A stretch of DNA of 64,000 bases, from contig CAWBAT010000003.1 of NCBI GenBank assembly GCA_963786955.1, positions 299,654-363,653 on the forward strand, written 5' to 3'. The notes beneath the pieces are model-generated. The model made no database searches. It was not told the origin of the DNA and saw only the letters and a list, made by a program, of their open reading frames with translations. The translations under genes were made by a program, and so were the position numbers. Origin of the DNA: an uncultured Acidimicrobiia bacterium. Its GTDB lineage: Bacteria; Acidobacteriota; Terriglobia; Versatilivoradales; Versatilivoraceae. Shown here one piece after another: positions 20,854 through 30,927 of the stretch (position 1 is the stretch's first letter; every line of letters starts with the position of its first letter).

Positions 20854-23800
20854 TCATTTCGGCTCTTTACCTGCAATTTTGGTTGTCACGCTGGCCTCCT
20901 CTGAAAACGTTCCCGGCTGTCCCGCTTTGTCCACACCGCAAACTCGGTAATAGTAAGTCGTCCCAGGGGAGACTGTCTCGTCTGCCACGACTTGCCGGTC
21001 GTATTCGCGCAACTGCCGGTCAACGGTTTTGAAACCGTGGGGAGTGACGTGCCGGAAGGTTTGCAGGGCATCGAGGGTCATCAGCAGATTTTTGTCGTCG
21101 GGCTTGAACCCAGGCAGTGTTCCGCGGTGAATGCGATACTGGACTATGTCAGATTCCGGATTCGTGTAGAACCACAGCGCGGACAAATTGCTTGTGCCGA
21201 CGGGAGAAACGCTAAAAGCATGCAATCCTTCAACTTTTACCGGAAGGCTATTTTTCACGCTGGAGCTCAAGGTCGTTACCTTTATGGCGTCCGAGGCCGA
21301 ACCCACATTGTTCCAGCGGTCAGCTGCGACAATTTTGTAGTAGTAGGGGGTATCCGGCTCCAGTCGGTTTAGAAAGAGTCCAAAACCGTAGCGTGGCATG
21401 TCGGTGAAGGTCGTGGAGGTGGTTTGACCGACAAAGAAACGCGGGGAAGGCGTGTAATCCGGCATAGAGCTCCGATAGATGTCATAGCGGACGATATTGT
21501 CGCCCCCATCCTTCCACGTCAGTTCCACCCGCATGTCTGCAGCAGCGCGTACCGTAACTCCCTGCACAGTTTGGGGTGCACCGTCGCATACGATGCGCAG
21601 GGTCTTAACCCCGTACCGACCGATGGAAAAAATAATGCGGTTACCATTCTGAACCGAAAGCGGAACCGGACGGTCCACTTCCAAGAGGGACGTCTCTATG
21701 GCAGACTTAATTGTCTTGAGGAATGGCAGGGTGATCGTGACTTCGCTTTTTTTGCCTGCCAGTTCATTAAAGCGGAAGATCAGCCCCTTTCCGTTTGCCT
21801 CGGCCGGTTTGATGGTTGAGACGGCGATGTTAGGCTGATCAATCTCCAGGAAGGAAGCCTCGCCGGCTGGAAGTGTCCCCTTGCGCTTAGCGGAGAGCAA
21901 GCGTGCCGTCAAAGGGTGCGAAACGTCATCACCGAATAGAAACGCACCACCTTGCTGCCAGTCTCCTTCGTGGCTCTGCACTGACCACGACAACCTGTAA
22001 GGTCCGCCGCGCTGATCAACCGGTATGTTTGTCCCGAACCAATTGTTCATCGGGTAGAGGAAGACATGGCTGTTCTCCACCTTTTTAAGGATGGATTCGT
22101 TGCGCCACGTTTCGCTGTGGCGCGGAGCCCCGTATTCGACCAGGCCGCATTCTCGTGTCCCCACCGTTACGCCAAAACGCCCGTTGGAAAGGTCCGTGAA
22201 ATGCTGAATGCCATAGAAGCTAGTGGTAGAACCACCACTCTGGTCCGAAATTGGTTCCACCACCGCTCCCGCAAGCTCATGCTGGATCTGAAATTGGGGA
22301 ACGTTTAGAGGGATGGCGAAAAAGACCGATTCCTTCCCCACGTTATTGCCTTTCTTATAATCCTGGAAGGTTCGGCCTGAGGGTGATTTCTGCAGGTCGT
22401 TAATAATGTCAATGCGCTTGAGAGCCTTGTAGAGGATCACCTGTTGGCGGATGCCTGTAATGCCGTTTCCTTTCACGTTTGACGTCATGACCGCTGCGAT
22501 GGGACCGGAGGCCCGAGAAAGCTCCGCTGATTCGATGCGGTACCAGCCAGTGGCCTTATCGGAATTGCCCTCGTAGTGATACAGGTACTCATTCAACTGC
22601 CAGGTTGCCTTCGGGTCAACCAGTTCCACACGAAGCTGCTTCTCCCAGATACTGGCGATGGCGCCATTTTTGGGGTTGAAGGAGACCTTGTAATATTCGT
22701 TCTCCAGTGTTGTATCAGTAGTGGTCAAGTCCTCTGAAACGCCTGTCTGCTCGACCTCTCCTTTTATGACGCGGAAGGTCTTATAGCCGAGAGACGGAAC
22801 ATCTTTCGCAATAAATAAGATACGCCCGTCAGGCATCCGCTGGCAGGGCGCCCTCTCGCCGCTGATGTTGTCCACAACATGGAAAGGCCAGACCAATCCC
22901 ACGGGGTCCACTTCGACAATATCTGTTCGCTTTCGGGTAAGAGAGTTATACACAATAAGCGTTGTGCCCTGTGGGGTGGGTATCATCTGGTCCAAGCCTG
23001 CGAACACCGCCAACGATGCCCGCTCGGAGACGGCTCGGGCTTCTTCGACAAGGGCTCGGTGCATGGAGCGTTCAGTTTCGTAATAGCATTCCAGTGCGGA
23101 CTTTTCATTCTTCAACGTGGGAGGAGCTTGCACACTTCCTTCGGAATATGCCTCCATCGTGTGTTCGGCGTAGACCAGCAGGAGATGATATGCCTGCGAT
23201 AGTTCCAGGCTGCTGGTGACCTTCGCACCTAAAGCTGCCGCAAGCGCACCGAACTTTTCTGTGTCTGGAACTGCGCTTCCGATGATTCGCGACAATGAAG
23301 TCGCCTCAAAATCTGCATAGTGCTGGTCAGACCATGAGTTCGGAGCGTCTTTGTCGAATACGTATATCTTTTCCTTGTCCAGTTGGGATGCAAGATCATT
23401 GACATACATTGTCATTGTTGCACTGATCACCCTCGGATAACTCCATTTCTGATTCCAGGCGCGGATAAGTGGTGAATTGTCGAATACGGGGAGGCTGAAA
23501 TCCCAGCATTCCCGCGAAAGAAGGGAACTGCTGGACCACTTTGCCTGCTCTATTCCTCCCAACCAATCGGGAATTTTAAGTAAACCGTTTCGGATGTCGG
23601 TCAACCATGTTGACTGCTCCATGCTCTGCAGCCAGCCCGCAATGTATGGTTCCGTGAGACCCCTCAGGTCACCGCGGTGCTCGGAACAATGGTAATGTTG
23701 CGTGAGAAAGAGCGGCATATGCCCTTTGTCGCCGTCAGGCGACATCCAGTAATAGGCCGGATTCGCTGATGCAGGACGCATCTGATCTTCCAGGTTATTA

Positions 23801-24681
23801 CGGCCGTGGTAGAAATAAGGGATGCCTGCTTCCTTCAGATAGGTTGGCAGGGAACGCGGAAAACCTTCAACGTCGTTTAACAAAGCTGTTGATTGAGGTG
23901 GGATGCCCAACATGTCGACGATGGTACGATTGGGAGTGTAGAACAGACGGGCCATCAACTCTCGATTCAGCATCTCGGCGGAAACGGAGGAATGTAAAGC
24001 ACCTAACTCAATACGTCCTTCCCGGATACGCCGAGTCAGTTCCTCTACCTTTTCGCGGCTGTTACTTCGGATCCATTGCGCCAGCGGCTCGGAGGTCTCC
24101 ACCGTCCAACGGAACTGGCTGTCTTTCTCCCAATCGTCTGTCTTGCTGCAATATTCCAATGCTAAGTCGATCCCCATCTCGCGCACGTCACGCCGCATCA
24201 GATGGAAATAGTCGGCATACCCCATGTCGTGATGGGAATAGGCCACATTATAGATCTTCCATTTCTTCTGCGGCTGCAGGGTTAGCATTGTAGAGGCGAC
24301 AACCTGATTAGCACTTTTCTCGACGACCTCGATGGTCGTTTCCGTCGGTTGGAAGATATCCGGCACTAGCACTGACTTCACTGATTTCCCCGGCTTGACC
24401 TTCCCGAGTGGTTGTTTGAGTGCAGCTTGATTCCTAAAGATGATACGTGCCTCTGCTTCGAACGGGACTGCGCCGGTATTTTCCAACTCGAGGTCCACCT
24501 GCTGCTGCAGTGGCTCACCTTCTTTCACCTTAGGGAAAAAGGGCGTCGGGTTGACCTGCACAAGCCTGACTCCCTCGTCCGCGAGAACTATTGCAACCAC
24601 GAAGAATAATAAGGGTGACAAGCACGACGTACGCCCTAACAGACGGAGTAGGAAGCGGAATAGGTTCGATGAGTTCTTCAT
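20854..24681 (-). CDS. Secreted GH38 (alpha-mannosidase)-like glycoside hydrolase with C-terminal FN3-like domains, 1275 aa
   Basis: Signal peptide; SHHDMGY, FRWTVE, VYNSL..KRTD, VPSLGYKTF and LENEY motifs; YYYKIVA and YYYRVCG FN3-like strands. Confidence 0.8.
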   Translation of the reverse strand: MKNSSNLFRFLLRLLGRTSCLSPLLFFVVAIVLADEGVRLVQVNPTPFFPKVKEGEPLQQQVDLELENTGAVPFEAEARIIFRNQAALKQPLGKVKPGKSVKSVLVPDIFQPTETTIEVVEKSANQVVASTMLTLQPQKKWKIYNVAYSHHDMGYADYFHLMRRDVREMGIDLALEYCSKTDDWEKDSQFRWTVETSEPLAQWIRSNSREKVEELTRRIREGRIELGALHSSVSAEMLNRELMARLFYTPNRTIVDMLGIPPQSTALLNDVEGFPRSLPTYLKEAGIPYFYHGRNNLEDQMRPASANPAYYWMSPDGDKGHMPLFLTQHYHCSEHRGDLRGLTEPYIAGWLQSMEQSTWLTDIRNGLLKIPDWLGGIEQAKWSSSSLLSRECWDFSLPVFDNSPLIRAWNQKWSYPRVISATMTMYVNDLASQLDKEKIYVFDKDAPNSWSDQHYADFEATSLSRIIGSAVPDTEKFGALAAALGAKVTSSLELSQAYHLLLVYAEHTMEAYSEGSVQAPPTLKNEKSALECYYETERSMHRALVEEARAVSERASLAVFAGLDQMIPTPQGTTLIVYNSLTRKRTDIVEVDPVGLVWPFHVVDNISGERAPCQRMPDGRILFIAKDVPSLGYKTFRVIKGEVEQTGVSEDLTTTDTTLENEYYKVSFNPKNGAIASIWEKQLRVELVDPKATWQLNEYLYHYEGNSDKATGWYRIESAELSRASGPIAAVMTSNVKGNGITGIRQQVILYKALKRIDIINDLQKSPSGRTFQDYKKGNNVGKESVFFAIPLNVPQFQIQHELAGAVVEPISDQSGGSTTSFYGIQHFTDLSNGRFGVTVGTRECGLVEYGAPRHSETWRNESILKKVENSHVFLYPMNNWFGTNIPVDQRGGPYRLSWSVQSHEGDWQQGGAFLFGDDVSHPLTARLLSAKRKGTLPAGEASFLEIDQPNIAVSTIKPAEANGKGLIFRFNELAGKKSEVTITLPFLKTIKSAIETSLLEVDRPVPLSVQNGNRIIFSIGRYGVKTLRIVCDGAPQTVQGVTVRAAADMRVELTWKDGGDNIVRYDIYRSSMPDYTPSPRFFVGQTTSTTFTDMPRYGFGLFLNRLEPDTPYYYKIVAADRWNNVGSASDAIKVTTLSSSVKNSLPVKVEGLHAFSVSPVGTSNLSALWFYTNPESDIVQYRIHRGTLPGFKPDDKNLLMTLDALQTFRHVTPHGFKTVDRQLREYDRQVVADETVSPGTTYYYRVCGVDKAGQPGTFSEEASVTTKIAGKEPK

Positions 24682-24769
24682 TTTTTCTCCTTGTTTTCCG
24701 GTTAGCCTCGGTTAATCGTAAGTTTCCGGTGGGCGTGCGTGCGTCTTTCGAAAGCGGGAGCAAGCAATA

Positions 24770-24925
24770 TTGACTTGCATAGCTTACACTCCGCCCTCTT
24801 CTCACTCAATTGACCTTTTCTCATCTTCTGATACGGCCCAAGAATTTCACCGCAACTGCATCGTTTGAGAGTGGGAGGATCGGAATGGATTGGGCTCGCC
24901 TGTTGGCTTACATCACTGGAACGCG
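24770..24925 (+). repeat. Relic of an IS 5' end plus transposase start (MDWARLLAYITGT), copy 2
   Basis: The peptide resembles the N-terminus of an integrase-core (rve) transposase family (recalled, not searched). Similarity stops after about 13 codons. Confidence 0.65.
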
Positions 24926-24986
24926 ATCTGGGCCTCGAGTGAGTTTTTTGGCCACTCGCCGCACCCGGTCTAGCTCGCAGCCTTTC

Positions 24987-26117
24987 TTATTCGGAGGTGG
25001 GTTTGCTTGTTCTTGTCGGCTTTGGTTGGGGTTCGTAAGAGCAGAAGGGGTCCGAGGCAAGCGGGTTGCCGGTGGCTTCAAAGGCCCGCGCGCGTGATCC
25101 GCCGCACAGGGCGGTGTACTCGCAAACTCCGCAACGCCCCTCAAAATGGGCTGGATCGTGCAGCGACCGGAAGAGAGGCGCATTCCGATAGATCTCGGCA
25201 ACACGGTCCTTGCGAACGTTTCCGGCAACCAAGGGCAAAAAGCCAGCCGGGCAAATGTCACCGGTATTAGAAACAAACATGATCCCGTGCCCGTCGCGGA
25301 TTCCGAAGCCGCGGTTGGCTCCACTACGCTTGATTTGCTCGCCGGTCAGACCCTCCGCGCGGAGCCGCTCGAGCGCCACCCGGCGGTAGGACGGAGCTTC
25401 CGTGGTGGCGACAATGAAGGCAGCGGCGCGCGACGTTTCGTAAATCCAGCCCATGAGCTTCTCGCCTTCCTCTGGTGTGAGCGGTTGCAGCACTTTTCCG
25501 CGACCGATCGAAATCAGGAAAAACAGGCTCCAGCGGGCGACGCCAAAAGGTTTGAGGAGTTCGTAAATGGCGGGCACGTCGCCCGCGGTTTCCGCTGCCG
25601 CCAGGGTGTTCACCTGCAGCGGTATTTCAAGTTCCTGGGCCCATTGCATCGCCTCTACTGTGCGGTCGAAGGTACCGAGGACGCCGCGGATCGAGTCGTG
25701 ACGTTCAGCCGTGGAGCCATCCAGACTGAGACCCAGGCCTTCTACGGAATGCTCCTTCAGCCGCACGAGCACGTTGCGGGTGAGTGCCGGCGTGGCAGCT
25801 GGTGTGATAGAAACCCCGATCCCGAGTCTGTGCGCTTCGTCGATCAATTCAAAAAGGTCGGCCCGAGCGAGCGGATCTCCTCCGGTGAGGATTAACTGCG
25901 GCAGCGGGTCGCCAAACTCCAAAATTTGACGCAGAAACTCGATGCCCTCTTCGAAGGTGAGTTCCATGGGGTGCGGTTCCGGCACTGCCTCAGCACGACA
26001 GTGGCGGCACGCCAGCGCACAAGCCTGAGTCATTTCCCAATAGATGTTCAAGGGCGTCTGCGCGTAATCCCGCGGCGCCTGGTGTGAAGATTTTCCGGAG
26101 TGGAGTAGTTGTGACAT
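24987..26117 (-). CDS. Radical SAM/SPASM protein (TIGR04053/Ahb-NirJ-like)
   Basis: CALACRHC motif, LTGGDPL, and SPASM cysteines CGVCEY..LCGGSRARA...DPFC. Confidence 0.88.
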   Translation of the reverse strand: MSQLLHSGKSSHQAPRDYAQTPLNIYWEMTQACALACRHCRAEAVPEPHPMELTFEEGIEFLRQILEFGDPLPQLILTGGDPLARADLFELIDEAHRLGIGVSITPAATPALTRNVLVRLKEHSVEGLGLSLDGSTAERHDSIRGVLGTFDRTVEAMQWAQELEIPLQVNTLAAAETAGDVPAIYELLKPFGVARWSLFFLISIGRGKVLQPLTPEEGEKLMGWIYETSRAAAFIVATTEAPSYRRVALERLRAEGLTGEQIKRSGANRGFGIRDGHGIMFVSNTGDICPAGFLPLVAGNVRKDRVAEIYRNAPLFRSLHDPAHFEGRCGVCEYTALCGGSRARAFEATGNPLASDPFCSYEPQPKPTRTSKPTSE

Positions 26118-26559
26118 AGACTAAACGGCAACTGACCCGCGACCCGCGCAAACTTCCAGCGGAATAGAGTCCAAGCCTGAGATAGCCACTTCAAGCCTTG
26201 TTCGTCTTTCGCTAGAACCCCAATGTGAGGCGAACCCTTTGGATATCAGAATAGCTATCGCGATGGATTGAAAGTTCTTCATCCCGCTGGAGCAGTCGAC
26301 TCGGCAATCTTTGCAACCGGCAACACAACCCTTCCTTTGTTCTGCTTCTTAAGGCGGTCTCTGTGTTCTCTTTCATGGAACAACACCTGTATAGCCAAAA
26401 AACTCGAACAAATTGACATGCCCCAGCGGTATTGTCAAGTTGAAGGAACCCGAGCAGCCTGGGTAGATGAAAAGCAACCCGCCCATTTATCACGGATACC
26501 GATTTTCCCCTGATATTATCAGCCATGCCGTTTGATTTTGCCACCGATTTTGCCTAGGC

Positions 26560-26950
26560 TTCCGAGATGTTGAGGATCTTCTGGTCGGGCGTGGGGTCAT
26601 CGTCAGCTACGAAACCATCTGCCAGTTGTGTTGCAAGTTCGGTGCCAAATACGCTCGGAAACTCAGACAACAACAGGGTTGCTTGGGCGATACGTAGCAC
26701 CTGGACAAACTGTTCGCGAAGATCCAGGGTCAGCGACAGTATCTGTGGCGGGCTGTCGACCAGGATGGCGACGTGATCGATATTTTCGTCCAACCCCATC
26801 CTGATCAGCCTGCCGCCCAACGATTCTTTCGTAAGCTATTGAAAGGTCAGGAAAGGGAACCCTGGCGACTGGTCACTGATAAGCTGAGGAGCTATGAGGC
26901 AGCGCACCGCGCTATCAAGCCTTCTGTCGAGCACGACACCGAACGCTGGG
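26560..26950 (+). pseudogene. IS6-family transposase fragment
   Basis: YLWRAVDQDGDVIDI, AAQRFFRKLLK and VTDKLRSY motifs; in-frame stop upstream; truncated at both ends. Confidence 0.85.
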
Positions 26951-27256
26951 CCGTCAGTCGGCTTCCGCCCCATACTTCTACCCTTCCGCGATTCATTGAG
27001 CACCAGCCAGTAGTGCCGCAGCGCCTCACCGACGGAACCGCTGTATTCAGTGAGGTCTTTGCTGAGCACGAATTGTACACACTCCCTGGCACGGCTAAAT
27101 TCTACGTTGAGCCGCTGGGCTTTGATTCTGTCCTCCTCTTCGAGGCCGACTTCCTTCAAGACCTTGATGAATACGCCCCACAGTCAGTCATCCTCCTTCG
27201 TTGCGACCATCGAGGTGGATCCTGCCCCCACAACGCACATTTGGTGGTCGACGCAA

Positions 27257-29548
27257 TCACTCGACACGCAGTCTGACGAGAGCGCAACCACGCCGAAGCG
27301 CAACTTTCATCCGAATGACGTTGCCTTTCGTGCTGAACTCGCCAGGACTCCATGCCGTCTCCCCGGGATAAATGAGTTCGCAACGAAGCTTCTTCCCGGC
27401 CGATATCTCCGGAATCCCGCGCACCGTCACTACGGCACTCGGCGTTGTACCCGCCAAGGTTACGGGAACCAGGTATCCACCCGGAACCTGAAAGAGATTC
27501 ACTTTGGCGCTATCGCCCGCGACGCTGACGGCATGCGGAAGTAGGATCCATTTCCTGCCGCGCATCGCCTCAAACATGGGCCCGTAGTCGAGGTAGAAGC
27601 GATCTGCGATGGGGCTGGGCATGATGGCATGGTCACTTTGAGGAAACGGGGCCATGGGAAACAGGCCCAGGTAGACATACTTCTGCAGGAATGCGTCGGC
27701 TTCCGGATTGGGATTGTCCTTCCCGAAAACCCAGAAGGTTCCGCTCCCTTTCCCTGCCGCGGCGCGCTGCTCGGCCAGTTGTTTGAGAGTGTACTCACCG
27801 AACACCCAGGCAATCGCCGGCTTCGAGACGCCCAACATTGCCGTGGTATTCAGGTTGCCGCCATAGTGCGCGAGCTCGGAGAAAAGTCCGTCCACATGGC
27901 GAAGAATGTCGAGGCGAGCAACGATGGGATTGACGAAGATTGCCTGCCCGGCCTCATGCTCAATCGGGTCGAGTTTTCCCATGAAGTCATTCCATGAGAC
28001 ATACAGCGAGCGCGCCGGGCCGTTGTACCACGTCACTCCGTCATCCCGCCGATAATTGTAAAGTCGCATCCAGTCCAACCGGTCAAAACAGAGGCCCGCG
28101 GAGTCTGGGACTTTTTGAATCAGCTTTCGAGCTTGATCCAGCAGAAAATCCTGCCAGGAGGGTTCGCCCCAGTCAAGGACTACGTTGCCGTACGCCGCCC
28201 GGCAATAAGGATCCGATTGTTGTGGCCCTCCGGGCGTCGGCACCTCGTTCTCGGGACGGTAGATCAGTGAGTCTGCGAACTTGGCGTGGAGCAGATCATT
28301 GGGGTCCTTCCACAGGGCCGCATCCGACTGCGCCTTGCGCGGCGCCGGCGGATAAACGATGTTTTTGCCGAATTCAGCTGCGTTGAAGTAGTTCAGGACG
28401 TCGAAGCCCATTTCCCGCATGCGGCGCGAATAGCCGGCCATCTGCGGGATCGACGCGGTGGGACCCAGATCGATGGGAGGAGACTCCGACTTCGGGTACC
28501 CACGGGGCCATGGCTCGTCATCGGCCACCGGCGGGATGAACACTCCCTGATAGGGAAAATCGAAGCTTGCTTTCCAATTCACGGTAAAGGCCATCCGCTT
28601 GAACTTGGCGACGTCGAGGGGGCCTTCGTAACTGGCGTAGGCTGCGGTTCCCCCCAGCCGGTGCGCGCTCTCGAGCGGCGGATTGAAGTATTGCGGATAA
28701 CGCGTCGTCATCCAGCGCATTCCACCGCGCCAGTCGCCTTCGTGGGACAGGAAGTCCATGGCAATTCGCACCGGCTTGCCTTCCGAGATGCGCCGGAACA
28801 AGCGCGAGAATTTGAGGTCCCCGCTTGCGGAAGTCTTAAGCGTCATCTCGATCGTGACATCCTCGGGTGAAAGGGCCAGAGTCAATCCGATGTCACGTTT
28901 GGGGTCGATGACAGTCGCCAGGGGAATACAAAACACATCACGGAAAGGCTCTGGGACCCCTAGCCTCGGTCTTTCGGGCCTGTAATATGCAGCGCCATAC
29001 CAGAATTTTCTGTTCGGGAAATCCGTCGGCACGAAGGGATCTTGCCAGCTCAAGTCCGAGACCCAGGCCGGCTCGACGTCCTCGTCTGGCCGCGTGTCGC
29101 CCCAAGTGGTCCAAAACTTCCTCGTGTTCGAGTTGGGAAACTGGAGTCGAGTCTCGATGGCCGTGCTCCAGGAGTCTCCCTGGCCTTCAATCTCGATTTC
29201 CCAGCGTATCGAGTCCGGGGTGGGAGCGACGCGTTCAACCAGACGGATTTCGCGTTGCTTTCCCCCGGAATCACAGAGCAGTCGCTTCGTAAACCGTACT
29301 GCTCCGTCCCTGTCGCGCGAGCTTTCCACTTTGCCCCCAACCCGGCATCCGGCAAGCGCCGTCTCGCCGAGGACGTTCCACTTGGTCTTTTTCATTCCCA
29401 GAACAGCGCCAACAATCTTGCCGTCTTGCGACAGTTCCAATGTGAGGCCCGAAGAATGGAGGACATAATCCGACGACGCCATGAGGGGGAATGTCGCGCC
29501 ACTCAATGTCAGAGCGATGATGGCAATAACAAGGCAAAGGGTCTTCAT
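27257..29548 (-). CDS. Secreted hypothetical protein, possibly a glycoside hydrolase, ~763 aa
   Basis: RBS AGGAGGAG, signal peptide MKTLCLV..., aromatic-rich TIM-barrel-like segment (GFDVLNYFN, GLCFDRLDW). Confidence 0.65.
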   Translation of the reverse strand: MKTLCLVIAIIALTLSGATFPLMASSDYVLHSSGLTLELSQDGKIVGAVLGMKKTKWNVLGETALAGCRVGGKVESSRDRDGAVRFTKRLLCDSGGKQREIRLVERVAPTPDSIRWEIEIEGQGDSWSTAIETRLQFPNSNTRKFWTTWGDTRPDEDVEPAWVSDLSWQDPFVPTDFPNRKFWYGAAYYRPERPRLGVPEPFRDVFCIPLATVIDPKRDIGLTLALSPEDVTIEMTLKTSASGDLKFSRLFRRISEGKPVRIAMDFLSHEGDWRGGMRWMTTRYPQYFNPPLESAHRLGGTAAYASYEGPLDVAKFKRMAFTVNWKASFDFPYQGVFIPPVADDEPWPRGYPKSESPPIDLGPTASIPQMAGYSRRMREMGFDVLNYFNAAEFGKNIVYPPAPRKAQSDAALWKDPNDLLHAKFADSLIYRPENEVPTPGGPQQSDPYCRAAYGNVVLDWGEPSWQDFLLDQARKLIQKVPDSAGLCFDRLDWMRLYNYRRDDGVTWYNGPARSLYVSWNDFMGKLDPIEHEAGQAIFVNPIVARLDILRHVDGLFSELAHYGGNLNTTAMLGVSKPAIAWVFGEYTLKQLAEQRAAAGKGSGTFWVFGKDNPNPEADAFLQKYVYLGLFPMAPFPQSDHAIMPSPIADRFYLDYGPMFEAMRGRKWILLPHAVSVAGDSAKVNLFQVPGGYLVPVTLAGTTPSAVVTVRGIPEISAGKKLRCELIYPGETAWSPGEFSTKGNVIRMKVALRRGCALVRLRVE

Positions 29549-29859
29549 AGGCTCCTCCTTGTCAATGAAAGGTAAACTTATTTGTATCACTGATAAACTG
29601 ATAACTGATAAGAAATCGCTTTTCAGGCGGCACGGGCACACGCCCGTTCAGACCGGCTGAAACAGCGCTTTCATTGAGAAGAGAGTGCCATGGGGTGGGT
29701 GACGAAGGCAAGGATGAAGGCAAACGTCCTCTGCGGGTGAGCCGGGTCCTCTCGCAGGGGACGTGATCGAGTCTGAAACTGGCGGCAAGAGACAAACCGG
29801 TCCCGTGCGCCTTCTCCACCTGGTGATGCTCAAGTAACGCCCGAATTTAGGATTAAGGG

Positions 29860-30767
29860 ATCTCAAGAAGATTTTCTTGGGGGGACTTTTCTTTCCGCAG
29901 TCCAAAACAAGGCATTGGTCAGTAATCGACGGAAGGAGAGGATTGTCAAAATCCTCTGGTGAGCCGAGCGATGTGTAAAAGATGCGGTCTCCTTTGTAGA
30001 CCCTCGTCCAGGCAGAAGGCTGGCTGCTTTGAGGTGTGGAACCGACCATGAGTAAATTGGTATCGGAAGCGAGCGGGGCTGTCCTGTACAAACTTGAGCC
30101 GGAGATAATTTTCGTGACTCCTTCCAGGGCAGGATGATTTTGGAGAGCCTTCGACCGGGCTTACCGTTTGCTTGAATTCCAATCCAAAGTGTCCCTGATA
30201 GTTGCCGCCTAAGACCATCTTATCAAACTCTGGCCACCCCTGTAGCCCATGGCTTGCTGTTCTCACGGCAACTAAGGGTTTTCCTGAATCGAGGCATTGT
30301 TTGATTTGAGCCAGTTGGTCTTCTGGAATGGTTACTCTACGTGTAAAGAGGAGAATCACGTCTGCATGGTCAATAGAGTCTAATCCTGGCAGGTCGCTAA
30401 ATTCTCCGAATTGATTTAACTGACCCCGAGCCTGAATCAGAACACATTGAACATTGTATTGAGATTCCAAAAAATGTTTAAAGGCACTCAGGGATAGGTC
30501 GGAATGATACTCGTTCGAACCGGATATCAAACAAACTCGAAGAGGCGTCTCGCCTGCGTTTGGATCAGCGTAAGACGAAAAAAGAGCGGATAAGCCAATG
30601 AATAGGCATAGTGGCAACTCAATCAAGAATGCAGCGAAGAAGGAGCGGAAAGCTCTTTGAATCTTGTGCAGGGCAAAATCTCCTTTGGATGGGAATAGCC
30701 CTATCAATTCCGAAGGTGTGCAGGAATTTGAGTTCGGTATTGCTCTACGAATGTCCCCCTTGGTCAA
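29860..30767 (-). CDS. ThuA-like (trehalose utilisation/GATase-like) domain protein, frameshifted
   Basis: SGSNEY, LFTRR, RTASHG, LGGNYQGH, AWTR and RIFYTSLG motifs. Ends approximate. Confidence 0.75.
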
Positions 30768-30787
30768 GGGAGACTTTAGGGGGTAAG

Positions 30788-30892
30788 GTAGGGCGGTCTC
30801 GCTGAGACCGCCGACTCCAGTTTGGGCATGGCGGCGCGCGCGGCGTGCGCGCCCTACCAGAGCCCCCTTGCCCCCTCCTTACCAAGGAGGGG
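30788..30892. repeat. Cluster of three REP-like hairpins
   Basis: gtagggcggtctcgctgagaccgcc; ggcgcgcgcggcgtgcgcgccctac; cccctccttaccaaggagggg. Confidence 0.7.
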
Positions 30893-30927
30893 AACAAAAA
30901 TCGAATTTTTTCATGGCTTATCCTCCG

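Noticed and set aside
26950-27250. Possible gene fragment on the minus strand next to the IS6 relic
   Set aside because: The sequence looks protein-like but is interrupted, and I cannot assign it to a family.
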